A DNA stretch of 64,000 bases from Minisyncoccota bacterium (GCA_041666305.1 JBAYHD010000001.1:18149-82148); one strand, 5' to 3'; shown: positions 1 through 12,344, counted from the stretch's first letter. The notes: generated by a model not told the origin, from the sequence alone. Numbers and translations: made by a program.

Positions 1-1014
1 GGTTTCAGATACTCCGGCGTCCACTTCAAATCCGCCATCACCGATGAGAGAAACGAGCGGTGTGCCCGGAGATGCCTGTTGTCCGACCTTCGCGTCGAGT
101 TCAGTTATCACGCCGCTGATCGGTGCGACAATTCGCGTACCCTGGAGATTTGCTTCGGCGACCGCAATCCCGGCGGCGGCTTGTTCGACACTTGCATCCG
201 TGAGCAAAGTTGACCCAACGCTTTGTGTGCGGTAGGTCTCGCGCGCGCTTGAAAGCGTAGCGAGCAGAGCCGTTACGCTGGTACGTGCCGTAGCGAGCGC
301 GGCGATCTGTGTCGCGGTTGCGTTCGACACGCGGTCATTCGCCAGCACCGCAAGTTTGTCGAGAAAGTCCGAAATGTCCTGCGCGACTTGCGTTGCGTTT
401 GCAAGAAGCGTCATCGGATCAACACTGTCGGCCTTCGAGAGAGCACTCTGATATGCCTGCATCTCATAGGTGAGGGCCGTACGCTCTCTTGAGATCTGAC
501 CGTAGTCATTTGGTGCGGAAATAAGCAATTGCGGTCCAAAGATGGACGGATCGCCGAAGAATGTGTCGATGTCGTTCTGGAGCAAGGTATCGAGCGTGGT
601 GTACGCGGAGAGATACGCATTTCTCGCCTGAGTCTCAGCCTCGGGAAGAGAGGTGGACGAACGAGAAGCGACCGCGGAATTGTATGCCGCCTGTGCCTGT
701 TGCAACGCTGCGGAAAGGGCTGCGGTATTGAGTTCCGCAATGACCTCTCCTGCGCTCACATGCATGCCTAGATTTTTATACACATGAGCTATCGCGCCCG
801 CATTTTGGAATCCGAGCGAAACGCTTTTTACGGGCGTCGTGTTGCCGGTAACAGAAACTGTTTCAGTAATAGAGCCCTGCGTGACCGTTATGAATTGGTA
901 CGATGCGATGTTGCTCCGCATAAAGAACCAATACCATCCGGCGAGGACGACAATGAGCGCTGCGAGCGCATAGCGCCACCCCGGAAATGCAAGACGTTCA
1001 AGTGAGAATGTCAT
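1..1014 (-). CDS. Efflux RND transporter periplasmic adaptor (HlyD/MFP family), 3' end outside window
   Basis: Manual translation from ATG at 1014: MTFSLERLAFPGWRYALAALIVVLAGWYWFF...VTQGSITETVSVTGNTTPVKSVSLGFQNAG; N-terminal TM anchor, Ala-rich helices and lipoyl-like motif IVAPISGVIT. Confidence 0.8.
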   Translation of the reverse strand, partial: MTFSLERLAFPGWRYALAALIVVLAGWYWFFMRSNIASYQFITVTQGSITETVSVTGNTTPVKSVSLGFQNAGAIAHVYKNLGMHVSAGEVIAELNTAALSAALQQAQAAYNSAVASRSSTSLPEAETQARNAYLSAYTTLDTLLQNDIDTFFGDPSIFGPQLLISAPNDYGQISRERTALTYEMQAYQSALSKADSVDPMTLLANATQVAQDISDFLDKLAVLANDRVSNATATQIAALATARTSVTALLATLSSARETYRTQSVGSTLLTDASVEQAAAGIAVAEANLQGTRIVAPISGVITELDAKVGQQASPGTPLVSLIGDGGFEVDAGVSET

Positions 1015-1053
1015 TATGAGGTGAGTGTACCACTCGGTTATACTGAGCGCACC

Positions 1054-1803
1054 ATGTTCCCCCCGGAATATATTCTTGCCGCCGCACTGGTCGTTCTATT
1101 CGTCATTTCCCGCATGCGGCCGCGGCGCTTCTATCTGGTGCGCCACGGCGAGACGCTCATGAATGCGCAGCATATCAAGCAAGGCGCCGACGGCGCCCTC
1201 TCCGAGCGCGGACGGCATCAGGCGGAGAAAGTCGGAATGTATTTGAAACGCTTCCCGATACAACGCATTCTTTCAAGCCCGTACCCGCGCGCGAAAGAAA
1301 CTGCGGAGATCATTAACGCCCACCTTACGGTTCCCGTTATGTATTCGCCGCTTCTCGTGGAACGAAGGAACCCGAGTGAGATAATTGGGAAAAACCGCGA
1401 CGACGCGGAGGTGAAGCGTATCGTGGACCAAATAGACCTCGCGTACCACAAAGACGATTACCGCTTCTCCGATGAGGAAAATTTCATGGATCTTAAAAAG
1501 CGTGCACGCAAATGCCTGAATCTCCTCGCGCGCCAGGGCGCGCGAGAAATGTGTATCGTCACACACCACGTGTTCCTCAAGGCACTCATCGCATATCTGC
1601 TCTACCGCGAACGGCTCAGCGCCGCCGACTTTGTGAAGCTTTCGTTCTTCAATATCTCGGATAACGCCGGCATTACCATATGCGAATATCATCCGTGGAA
1701 GATGTTCAACCGCACTCGCGGCTGGGAAATCATTTCTTACAATGAAAAAGCAGTGGACGAAAGTAGCAGCAACGCACCGATGATCCCGCAACTTTCTTTC
1801 TGA
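1054..1803 (+). CDS. Histidine phosphatase (phosphoglycerate mutase-like) family protein with N-terminal TM
   Basis: LVRHGET, SSPYPRAKETA and IVTH motifs; start moved to ATG 1054. Confidence 0.85.
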   Translation: MFPPEYILAAALVVLFVISRMRPRRFYLVRHGETLMNAQHIKQGADGALSERGRHQAEKVGMYLKRFPIQRILSSPYPRAKETAEIINAHLTVPVMYSPLLVERRNPSEIIGKNRDDAEVKRIVDQIDLAYHKDDYRFSDEENFMDLKKRARKCLNLLARQGAREMCIVTHHVFLKALIAYLLYRERLSAADFVKLSFFNISDNAGITICEYHPWKMFNRTRGWEIISYNEKAVDESSSNAPMIPQLSF

Positions 1804-1857
1804 ACAATACACAAAACCGCTGCGCCTTTGGCGCCGCGGTGTTTTTGCTTTTGTTGA

Positions 1858-1882
1858 AGTTGTTGAAGTCTAACTTCAACAA

Positions 1883-1884
<2 letters not shown>
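1858..1884. repeat. Short palindrome agttgttgaagt-cta-acttcaacaact abutting the groEL stop
   Basis: 12-bp inverted arms seen directly; related copy at 61665-61683. Confidence 0.75.
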
Positions 1885-3825
<1,941 letters not shown>

Positions 3826-3934
3826 ACGTATCTATATAAATGAATAATCGCCCTGTGTTGAAGGAGTATAGAGAAACGCTCGTCCACAAGCAAGTTGCAT
3901 CTCTCTACTCATCCGTGCTATGCTCATATCCAAG

Positions 3935-4171
3935 ATGGAGGCACTCGTATCGGCACTGCCGTACGCGGAAATCGCCCTCGGAATACTCCTCATCGTCGGC
4001 ATCGTGCTGCAGCAGCGCGGCGCGACACTCGGCGGAGCTTTCGGCGGCGACAATTTCGCATCGACCTTTTACAAGCGCAGGGGCGCTGAGAAATTCCTAT
4101 TCAATGCGACAATCGCTATTGCAATTTTGCTCGTACTCGCAGCGATACTGAATTTTCTCTTAGTAGGATAG
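3935..4171 (+). CDS. secG: Preprotein translocase subunit SecG
   Basis: Two TM helices, LQQRGATLGGAFGG and RRGAEKFL motifs. Confidence 0.93.
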   Translation: MEALVSALPYAEIALGILLIVGIVLQQRGATLGGAFGGDNFASTFYKRRGAEKFLFNATIAIAILLVLAAILNFLLVG

Positions 4172-4175
4172 GAAC

Positions 4176-5918
4176 ATGGACGACACCGGCAGTTCTCACG
4201 AACGCTTCGGGCTTTGGCGAGAACGGTTGATGCGTTCTCGGAGCGTGCAGTCACTCGATCGTTTGCGCGAACATGTACATTCGTTCTCGTCGGGCGACCG
4301 TGTTCTGTTCTATCTGTTCGCGATCCTCGTCGGCATCGCCTCCATCTCGGGTCTCTACGCGCTTGAACAATCGCTTCTCAAAGAAGTCCCCGCCTACGGC
4401 GGAAGCTTGGTGGAAGGAGAGGTTGGAAGTCCGCAATTCATCAATCCGCTCCTCGCCATCAGCGACGCCGACCGCGACCTGTCCGCGCTGGTCTACGCCG
4501 GACTCATGGGACTTTCGGGCAATGGAACACTCACACCGGTGCTTGCGGAAAGTTACACGCTTTCGCCCGACGGAAAGACGTACACATTCGTCCTGCGCAA
4601 GAATGCGAAATTCATCGACGGCTCGCCCGTGACGGCGCAAGACGTGGTCTTTACCGTTCGGAAAGCACAAGATTCCGGACTTAAGAGCCCCGAATTCGCA
4701 AACTGGTCGGGCGTGAGCGTCATCGCAGACGATGCGCGCACGGTGCGCTTCACGCTCGCAAAACCATACGCGCCGTTTTTGGGCCTCACCACGCTCGGCA
4801 TTCTTCCCTCTCGCCTCTGGCAGAACATCAGCAACGAAGAATTCCCGTTCTCAAATCTCGAGACGAATCCTATCGGTGCGGGCCCTTTCAAAGTCGTGGA
4901 TATTTCACGCGATGCGTCCGGACTTATCAAGAGCGTATCGCTCGCGGAAAACCCGCAGTATGCGCTCGGTCGCCCGTATCTTGATGCCATCCGTTTTGAT
5001 TTCTACTCGCGCACCGAAGACCTTGCGTCAGCGGTGCAGAACGGTGCGGTGGAAAGCGCGTATGATGTCGGGACGAAAGGAGCTTTGACCGCACCCTATG
5101 CTCGCGTGTTCGGTGTGTTCTTTAATCCGAGCGAGAAGCAGGTGTACGCACGCGCGGAAGTGCGCAAAGCACTCTCGCTCGCGCTCGATCGAACTCGCAT
5201 TGTGGAGACGGTCCTCGGCGGCTATGCGACCGCGGTCATGGGTCCTGTGCCACCGGGAGAAAGCGTGAAGCAAGTACCGGTACCGCAATCGTCCGATCCG
5301 ACCGCGGCTGCCGCACAAGTGCTCCAATCGGCAGGCTGGACCTACGACGGAACGGCACGATTGTGGAAAAACACGGGCGCGAAGCAGGCCCTGGACCGCG
5401 TCACCATCCGCACGAGCAATGTTCCTGAATTGAAAAATGTCGCGAGCGCAGTGAAGAACGATTGGGAGCAGCTTGGCATTCCGGTCGACATCGAACTCTA
5501 CGAACCGGGTGACCTTTCGCAGAATGTCATCCGTCCGCGAAAGTACGAAGCGCTTCTCTATGGCATGGTCATCGGCCGCGATCAGGATCTGTATGCCTTC
5601 TGGCATTCGCAGGAACGCAATGATCCGGGGCTTAATATTGCGCTCTATGCGAATAAGACGGTTGATGCGCTTCTTGAAGATGCGCGCAGTACCGGCAATC
5701 AGTCGACACGCATTGCTGACCTCCAAAAGATAGAGGACACGATCGCGGCGGATTATCCGGCGGCATTCATTTATGCGCCTGATTTCACGTATGCGGTGCC
5801 GGATGACCTTCGCGGCGTGGTCCTCCCGCAGATCATCACACCGGCCGATCGCTTTGCGACGGTTGCGTCGTGGTATCGCTCAACTGATTCCGTATGGCCA
5901 TTTTTTGCGCATCGTTAG
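4176..5918 (+). CDS. ABC transporter peptide-binding protein (family 5, OppA/DppA-like)
   Basis: LAESYTLSPDGKTYTFVLRKNAKFIDGSPVTAQDV signature, PIGAGPF. Confidence 0.92.
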   Translation: MDDTGSSHERFGLWRERLMRSRSVQSLDRLREHVHSFSSGDRVLFYLFAILVGIASISGLYALEQSLLKEVPAYGGSLVEGEVGSPQFINPLLAISDADRDLSALVYAGLMGLSGNGTLTPVLAESYTLSPDGKTYTFVLRKNAKFIDGSPVTAQDVVFTVRKAQDSGLKSPEFANWSGVSVIADDARTVRFTLAKPYAPFLGLTTLGILPSRLWQNISNEEFPFSNLETNPIGAGPFKVVDISRDASGLIKSVSLAENPQYALGRPYLDAIRFDFYSRTEDLASAVQNGAVESAYDVGTKGALTAPYARVFGVFFNPSEKQVYARAEVRKALSLALDRTRIVETVLGGYATAVMGPVPPGESVKQVPVPQSSDPTAAAAQVLQSAGWTYDGTARLWKNTGAKQALDRVTIRTSNVPELKNVASAVKNDWEQLGIPVDIELYEPGDLSQNVIRPRKYEALLYGMVIGRDQDLYAFWHSQERNDPGLNIALYANKTVDALLEDARSTGNQSTRIADLQKIEDTIAADYPAAFIYAPDFTYAVPDDLRGVVLPQIITPADRFATVASWYRSTDSVWPFFAHR

Positions 5919-5987
5919 GTTCATTTATTTTCGTACGGGTTACGTGTAACACATTTAACAGCCCGATTAACTAATCAATCAATTGTT

Positions 5988-7934
5988 ATGAATCCCATAT
6001 CAGCACCAGCGCCGGCTCCGGCTCCGGGACGCCCTCCGGAATCACGGCCGAATCCTTCTCCCGATGCGCGACCGGGTTCCGCTCGGCCGCCGCGGCGATT
6101 TGAGCGCGGTAGTCGCGCACCCGGCCGCCCCGGCGGACGCGGCGGAGCCGCACGTCCGGGCTCTGCTACGCGCCGTATCCAACGGATACTCCGGCGTCCG
6201 GCATCCAATCCGTCGCGCGTAAGTCGCTCAGCGGATTATTATCCGGAACCTGCCGGACCGACCACGGTCCGTATCATTCCCCTAGGGGGCGTGGAGGAAG
6301 TGGGCCGCAACATGATCGCGGTCGAAGTCGGCGCTACCGGCGACATCATCGTTTTTGATGCGGGCTTCCAGTTCGTATCCGAGGACACCTCTCCGGGCGT
6401 TGATTACATCCTTCCGAACACCAAATATCTGGAAAAGAATGCCTCCCGCGTGAAGGGCGTCGTTATCACCCATGGCCACCTCGATCACATCGGCGGTATC
6501 CCCTTCATCCTCCCGCGCTTCGGTACACCGCCCATCTACACCCAAAATCTTACTTCGGTGATGATTGCGCGGCGCCAAGAAGAATATCCGGATGTGCCGA
6601 AGTCTGAAATGATCGTTGTCGAAGTCGGCCAATCAGTAGTCATCGGCTCTACGCGGGTAAAATTCTTCCCCGTCACGCATTCGATCCCTGATTCAATGGG
6701 TTGCTCGGTAGAAACACCGCAAGGCAACGTCGTTATTTCGGGCGACTTGAAACTCGATCACGAGGATGGCATTCCGAGCGAGCGCGAACAGAAAACGTGG
6801 GGCGACCTCGGTAAGGATAAGAACATCTTCCTTGTTGCCGACTCAACCAATGCCGAAAAAGACGGATTCTCGATCCCCGAAACGCGCGTCCTTCAAACAC
6901 TCGAAGATATCATCAAGACCGTCTCCGGCCGCCTTATCATCGGCACCTTCGCTTCACAGTTCGAGCGCATGATCCACATCATGGAGGCTTCGCAGAAGCA
7001 TAATAAGAAGATCGTCCTCGTCGGTCGTTCGATAAAAACGAACTTCGAGATCGCGGAGAAGACCGGACTCCTGAAGATCAGTAAGGATACGTTCATCCCG
7101 GAACAGGATCTCGATAAGTATCCGCCTGACAAGATTGTCGTTCTTTCCACCGGAGCACAAGGCGAAGAGTTCGGCGGACTGATGCGTATCTCAACGAAAC
7201 AGCACAAATACATCACGCTCAACGAGCGCGATACCATTGTGCTCTCCTCCTCGGTCATCCCGGGCAACGAGATCTCGGTACAGAAATTGAAGGACAATCT
7301 CTACCGCCATAATGTGACCCTCATCCACTACCGCTCTTCCGACGTGCACTCCACCGGCCACGGCAACACCGGCGAACTCGTCTGGATCAACAAGCAGGTG
7401 CATCCGAACTACTTTATGCCGGGCTACGGCTACCGCTCTATGACCACCTGCCACGCAAAAGCAGTTGAACAGTCCGGTTTCCCGCGCGGAAACATCATCG
7501 TCGCAGACAACGGCACGGTCATCGATATCGAAGACGGTGTGAAGCTTAATGTGCACAAGCAACGAGTACCGTCGTCTCCGATGGTCGTGGACGGCTTCAA
7601 CATCGGCGATATTCAGGAGGTGGTCATCCGCGACCGGCAATCGCTCGCCAAGGACGGTATGTTCGTCATCATTGCGAGCGTAAACCTGAAGACCGGCAAG
7701 CTCCGAAAGTCGCCGGACATCATCAGTCGCGGGTTCGTGTATCTGCGCGAGTCGCAAAATCTCCTGAACGAGGGACGCGTCCTCATCAAGAAGACCATTG
7801 AGGACTCAACGCGCAATATGAATCCTATTGACCTCGATTACGTGAAGAATAATCTCACGGATGTGATGGCGGGATTTCTCTTCGCACGAACGAACAAAGC
7901 GCCGATGGTCATTCCTGTCCTTATAGGCATGTGA
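5988..7934 (+). CDS. rnj: Ribonuclease J with Pro/Arg-rich N-terminal extension
   Basis: PLGGVEEVGRNM, THGHLDHIG, HSIPD, DSTNA, HSTGH motifs. Confidence 0.96.
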   Translation: MNPISAPAPAPAPGRPPESRPNPSPDARPGSARPPRRFERGSRAPGRPGGRGGAARPGSATRRIQRILRRPASNPSRVSRSADYYPEPAGPTTVRIIPLGGVEEVGRNMIAVEVGATGDIIVFDAGFQFVSEDTSPGVDYILPNTKYLEKNASRVKGVVITHGHLDHIGGIPFILPRFGTPPIYTQNLTSVMIARRQEEYPDVPKSEMIVVEVGQSVVIGSTRVKFFPVTHSIPDSMGCSVETPQGNVVISGDLKLDHEDGIPSEREQKTWGDLGKDKNIFLVADSTNAEKDGFSIPETRVLQTLEDIIKTVSGRLIIGTFASQFERMIHIMEASQKHNKKIVLVGRSIKTNFEIAEKTGLLKISKDTFIPEQDLDKYPPDKIVVLSTGAQGEEFGGLMRISTKQHKYITLNERDTIVLSSSVIPGNEISVQKLKDNLYRHNVTLIHYRSSDVHSTGHGNTGELVWINKQVHPNYFMPGYGYRSMTTCHAKAVEQSGFPRGNIIVADNGTVIDIEDGVKLNVHKQRVPSSPMVVDGFNIGDIQEVVIRDRQSLAKDGMFVIIASVNLKTGKLRKSPDIISRGFVYLRESQNLLNEGRVLIKKTIEDSTRNMNPIDLDYVKNNLTDVMAGFLFARTNKAPMVIPVLIGM

Positions 7935-7941
7935 AGTTTCT

Positions 7942-7978
7942 GAAAAACACGGCTCGCCATGAGCGAGCCGTGTTTTTC
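7942..7978. terminator. Bidirectional-type intrinsic terminator after rnj
   Basis: gaaaaacacggctcgc-catga-gcgagccgtgtttttc hairpin. Confidence 0.75.
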
Positions 7979-7997
7979 GTATGCTATGCTCGAACGA

Positions 7998-9155
7998 ATG
8001 CAACCGCGCGTCATTCTCTATGTCGGGAATTTTTTCTTCTCGATGTTCGCCGCTCTTACGACCTACATTCTCCTCCCCTATCTCTCCCTCTTCATGCCGG
8101 CGGCGTACACCGGACTCGTCATCAGTGGCGGGGCGCTCGTCGCGCTCGCGCTCTTCCCGCTCCAGCCGCTCCTGGTCGCGCGCTACGGCGCGCAACAGCT
8201 CGCGCTCCTCTTTGCCATCGCAGAGATGATTACGATGTTCGCGCTCGCAATAGCGCCCGGTGCTATTGCGGCCGCACTGCTGGTCGCGCTCTCCATCTCG
8301 CTCCAGCCGTTCCTCTATTATGAAATGGACTTGCTCCTTGAAGCGACCGTCGCGGAGGAAGGTACGACCGGCCGCGTGCGCAACCTCTTCCTCACCGCGT
8401 GGAACATCGGCGCGCTCGCCGCGCCGCTTCTCATGGGCGCACTGCTTGCGGGCTCCAATAATGAGTACAGTCGCGTGTTCCTCGCCGCCGCGGCGACCAT
8501 GGTGCCGTTCGTCGTCTTGTTTGCCGCACGCCGCATCCCGAAAGGGCTCGCGCCGAAACTTTCACACATGCGCGACACGTTCTTCTGTATCATGCACGAC
8601 CGCGACCTCGCCGCGGTCACCGTCGGACATCTCATTCTCTACCTCTTCTACATCTGGGCGCCGCTGTATGTCCCATTTTATCTGCATACCGTACTCGGCG
8701 TCCCCTGGTCAAACCTCGGCTGGATGTTCTCAATCATGCTTATTCCATACACGGTTATCCAGTATCCGGCGGGGTGGGTCGCCGACAAGATACTCGGCGA
8801 TAAGGAGCTTATGTTCGGCGGCTTCCTGATTGCGGGCGGCGCGCTCGCTTCTTTCAGCCTGCTCACCTCCGCGTCCTCGCTCGGCCTCATCGTCGGCATC
8901 CTTGTCATTTCGCGCGTGGGCGCCGCGCTCATAGAAAGCATGACTGAAGGGCACTTCTTCCGCCGCGTTTCGGAAAAAGACATCAATTCCATAAGCATAT
9001 TCCGCGGCATCTGGCCCTTGGCTAACCTTATCGGCCCTGTCGTCGGGAGCGGCATTCTCCTTGTCGCCGGGTACCACACGTTCTTTGTACTCACCGGCGG
9101 ATTCATCATCATCGCCGGCGTCGCCGCGACGGCGCTTATAACAGATTTCCGCTAG
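7998..9155 (+). CDS. MFS transporter
   Basis: About 12 hydrophobic segments, GWVADKILG motif A-like; start moved past the terminator. Confidence 0.88.
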   Translation: MQPRVILYVGNFFFSMFAALTTYILLPYLSLFMPAAYTGLVISGGALVALALFPLQPLLVARYGAQQLALLFAIAEMITMFALAIAPGAIAAALLVALSISLQPFLYYEMDLLLEATVAEEGTTGRVRNLFLTAWNIGALAAPLLMGALLAGSNNEYSRVFLAAAATMVPFVVLFAARRIPKGLAPKLSHMRDTFFCIMHDRDLAAVTVGHLILYLFYIWAPLYVPFYLHTVLGVPWSNLGWMFSIMLIPYTVIQYPAGWVADKILGDKELMFGGFLIAGGALASFSLLTSASSLGLIVGILVISRVGAALIESMTEGHFFRRVSEKDINSISIFRGIWPLANLIGPVVGSGILLVAGYHTFFVLTGGFIIIAGVAATALITDFR

Positions 9156-9976
9156 GCACCGAGGGCAACCCGGCTCCCCCGTACGTGCACCAGCACCTCC
9201 GCCTGAAGGGCTTCCAGCGCCGCTTCGCATTGCGCACGCCGCTTCGTGCCGAGCAGATTCACGAGGCGGAGGCGCGCGGCCGCGCCCCGGGAGAGTTCGC
9301 GCAAGATGGCGCCGCGCGCTTCGCGGAGCGAGCCGGCAAACTTCGATTGTTTCGCGTACGTTTTGCTTTTTGCGTTATGCGAGATGCCGGAGTGTTTGAG
9401 GTGTGAGCCGTAATCCATGAGCGCGCTGTACCACTCCCTCGCCTTCCCTCTCGGTAACGCTTTCGCAAGTATTTCTTCGATCTGTGTATCAGAAACACTG
9501 CGATATATCGCAGTGTTTCTCTTTTGGTTGAAGAAGTGATGGATGATGGCAGTGCGGATGTTGGTTTCTACAAAAACAACATCTTCGTTCCATGCAAACG
9601 CCGCAATCGCACGAGCTGTATACGGACCGACCCCCGGCAGAGCCTCCAATTCGGGAACGGTGGATATTTTCCGTGACGCAAGTTCTTTTGCTGCTTGATG
9701 CAGCATTTTTGCGCGACGATTATAGCCCAGCCCCTGCCATGCCTTCAACACGTCAGAGAGCGGAGCGGCCGCAAGCTTCTTCGCCGTCGGGAACTGTTTT
9801 ATGAACTTTTTATAGAACGGGATCACTCGCTCGACTTGAGTTTGTTGAAGCATCACTTCCGAAACAAGGATTTTATATATATCCTTCGTCCTTCTCCACG
9901 GCAAATCATGCCGCCCATGCGCGCGGTAATACTTCCAGATCAGCCGACGAAACGCGATTACTTTGCTTTCGGCCAT
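9152..9976 (-). CDS. mutY: A/G-specific adenine glycosylase MutY (short form, no Fe-S cysteines)
   Basis: LPWR, VSEVMLQQTQV, WQGLGYNRRA, LPGVGPYTA. Confidence 0.93.
   Translation of the reverse strand: MAESKVIAFRRLIWKYYRAHGRHDLPWRRTKDIYKILVSEVMLQQTQVERVIPFYKKFIKQFPTAKKLAAAPLSDVLKAWQGLGYNRRAKMLHQAAKELASRKISTVPELEALPGVGPYTARAIAAFAWNEDVVFVETNIRTAIIHHFFNQKRNTAIYRSVSDTQIEEILAKALPRGKAREWYSALMDYGSHLKHSGISHNAKSKTYAKQSKFAGSLREARGAILRELSRGAAARLRLVNLLGTKRRAQCEAALEALQAEVLVHVRGSRVALGA
9491..9520. repeat. Perfect 30-bp palindrome inside mutY
   Basis: agaaacactgcgata|tatcgcagtgtttct is its own reverse complement. Confidence 0.9.
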
Positions 9977-10620
9977 CGATGTGAGGCAGGCGGCCAGAGC
10001 TTGGTCAAAGGATGCAGAGAGCAGTCATGCGGACGCGCCGGGCAGACGTAGCGGCCGTAGAGGACGAGGCCATTATTCACGTATTTCCAGTCTTTTTTCG
10101 GTATGAGCGCCTCCAAGTCTTTTGAGATTTTAGTAAGGTCGTTTTGGTTGGTGAGATCGAATTTCTTCGCGAAGCGCTTTACGTGCGTATCGGTCGCGAT
10201 GCCTTCCCAGATATCGTAGAGCTCGCCGAGAATGACGTGCGCGGTTTTGTAGCCCACGCCCGGCAATTCAATAAGTTCGTTCTCGGTCTTCGGGACCTTA
10301 CCGTTAAATTTTTCCTGCACCGCTCTCGCCGCACCAATAATGGCTTTTGCTTTGTTATTGAAAAAAGGGATGGATGAAATTTCTTTTGTGAATGTTGCCG
10401 GATCCGCCTCCGCAAAATCTTTCGGCGTCTTGTATTTCTTGAAAAGCGTCGCGGTCAATTTGTTCACCGCCTTATCGGTACATTGCGCGGAAAGCATCAC
10501 GGCAACGACGAATTGGAACGGCGTTTTATGTGTGAGTTCGCTTGATGGATTCGGGTACGTTTTTTTGAGATACGCGACTATCTTCTTCGCGCGCAACGCG
10601 CGCTCAGCACGGCTCGTCAT
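9958..10620 (-). CDS. nth: Endonuclease III
   Basis: LSAQCTDKAVN, LPGVGYKTA, DTHVKR. Confidence 0.95.
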   Translation of the reverse strand: MTSRAERALRAKKIVAYLKKTYPNPSSELTHKTPFQFVVAVMLSAQCTDKAVNKLTATLFKKYKTPKDFAEADPATFTKEISSIPFFNNKAKAIIGAARAVQEKFNGKVPKTENELIELPGVGYKTAHVILGELYDIWEGIATDTHVKRFAKKFDLTNQNDLTKISKDLEALIPKKDWKYVNNGLVLYGRYVCPARPHDCSLHPLTKLWPPASHRWPKAK

Positions 10621-11783
10621 AACAGTTCAGGAGTAATTTCCTCGTGCGGAAAAGCAAAATGAAAGAATATTAAAAGTAGCGCGCCAGCGGCAAAGAGCGT
10701 AAGGATAAGCACTACAAAAACACCGATGTATGGCAGGAGCGCAACGAGCGAGAGCGCGAGCATGCCGAGCATGCCGTCGCGCCACAACACCGCTTCACGC
10801 TTTCTAAAACGACGTGCGAACATACTGCCGAGCAAAATGCCGGCGTACAAAAGCGAAAGCAGTACAAGGAGCGCGTATACAACGAAGAGAAGGAGCGAGA
10901 GACCGATGCCAACGAAGGTGAGTGCAAGCATGATAATGAGTACCGGCGTGGCCACGAGAATGCCGAAACCGAGCAACATCGTGAGCAGAATACTGCTCGG
11001 ACGTTCCGCATACGCACGCTCGGCAACCGCTTCCGCGAGTCGCGGGAAAAGGCCTGCGAGGAGTCCGGCAAGTATGAGTGCGCCGAGAATGCGGGCGAAG
11101 AGGAAGAACCCGATGCTCACGAGCGCCAGTATGCGCGAGGTCCCGGCATCCGGCAGATACGAAGCGTTGGTGTATTCGATGCCGTCCTCGATCGTTGCAG
11201 ACGCGGGAATGGTCGCTTCCTCCGGCGCTTCATAGAAAAGTTTCCCGTGGATAACGGTGCCTGCGGCGAGATACAGATGGCCGGTCGCAACAACTTTGAC
11301 ATTACCCGCGAAATCACCGGCGAGTGAGATGGTATTGCCGTATATGGTAACCGGTCCTCCGGCGCCGTTGCTGAGTGTCGCATTCACGGCAATGATGAAG
11401 GTACTTCCCTGTGTGCGCCCGGAACTGTTCACCGAATACCCGAAAGCGACAAGATCCCCCGACACCGGACTATCTACAGCAATGCTCCATCCGGCCGCGC
11501 GCAAGTCACCGGCTATCGGCGCACGCGAACTTATGGAACCGGCCGCCAATAGTTCATCGCCCGCCACGGGCGCCGCGGCAATGATCGAGCCGCCAATGGC
11601 CGAGAGGTCTCCCAGGACCGGCGCGGTACTGACAACCGAAATGCCGGCGAGATATGCGTTTCCCGGAGAGGAACTCGCCACGACGAGCGCGCGGCTGGCC
11701 AAAAATGATGCGGGACCGCGCGCAGCAAACGCGCTCGCCGGTATGAGAAGTGTGACGAGGAGCGTGAAGAGTATTTTTTTCAT
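10617..11783 (-). CDS. Membrane protein with signal peptide, beta-helix-like (bactofilin-like) repeats and C-terminal TM bundle
   Basis: Repeated GG/AG-S-I...V-x-GDL units followed by 5-6 TM segments. Confidence 0.65.
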   Translation of the reverse strand: MKKILFTLLVTLLIPASAFAARGPASFLASRALVVASSSPGNAYLAGISVVSTAPVLGDLSAIGGSIIAAAPVAGDELLAAGSISSRAPIAGDLRAAGWSIAVDSPVSGDLVAFGYSVNSSGRTQGSTFIIAVNATLSNGAGGPVTIYGNTISLAGDFAGNVKVVATGHLYLAAGTVIHGKLFYEAPEEATIPASATIEDGIEYTNASYLPDAGTSRILALVSIGFFLFARILGALILAGLLAGLFPRLAEAVAERAYAERPSSILLTMLLGFGILVATPVLIIMLALTFVGIGLSLLLFVVYALLVLLSLLYAGILLGSMFARRFRKREAVLWRDGMLGMLALSLVALLPYIGVFVVLILTLFAAGALLLIFFHFAFPHEEITPELL

Positions 11784-11790
11784 GGATACG

Positions 11791-12273
11791 TCACGCTGTT
11801 GGAGGCATTCCGAGATTCGGCGGAGATACGGGTGGTGCCATAGTCTCTGTTCGTCTTCGCAGGGGTTCTAATAAGCTCGCGAAAATGAAGATGAAGAGCG
11901 TGGAAAGAGCCGAAGCAAAACAATAGATACAAAATGCACCTATGAGGAATATTTGGACGAAGGTGAAATAAAGCGACGAAAGAAGACCGACGAGCGAGAG
12001 CGCTTGCAACGCACGACGCAAAAGTTGGTCAAAGAGAACGATCTCAAGCGCGGCAAGAACGAACATAACGCTATAGAACAAGACGCCGAACTCGGCGAGC
12101 GGTATGCCGAAGATTTGGGAATATTGGCTCGAGGCAACGACGTTGCAGCCCGAAAGATTTCCGATATCGCACAAAAGCGGCGTGCCGGAGAGCTTGTGCT
12201 GGGTGAGATAGGCGGAGTCGGCAATGCCGAAAAAGGCAAAGAATAGGATGAATACGACGCCGACCCTTTTCAT
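11791..12273 (-). CDS. Vitamin K epoxide reductase (VKOR) family protein
   Basis: C...GCNVVASSQYS and CIYC redox motif in TM context. Confidence 0.92.
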   Translation of the reverse strand: MKRVGVVFILFFAFFGIADSAYLTQHKLSGTPLLCDIGNLSGCNVVASSQYSQIFGIPLAEFGVLFYSVMFVLAALEIVLFDQLLRRALQALSLVGLLSSLYFTFVQIFLIGAFCIYCFASALSTLFIFIFASLLEPLRRRTETMAPPVSPPNLGMPPTA

Positions 12274-12344
12274 ATAGCGCCTAGGATACGCGTCCTGATG
12301 TTCTTGTGCAAATGGCCGCGGAATTCAATTCCCCACTGAGGGGG

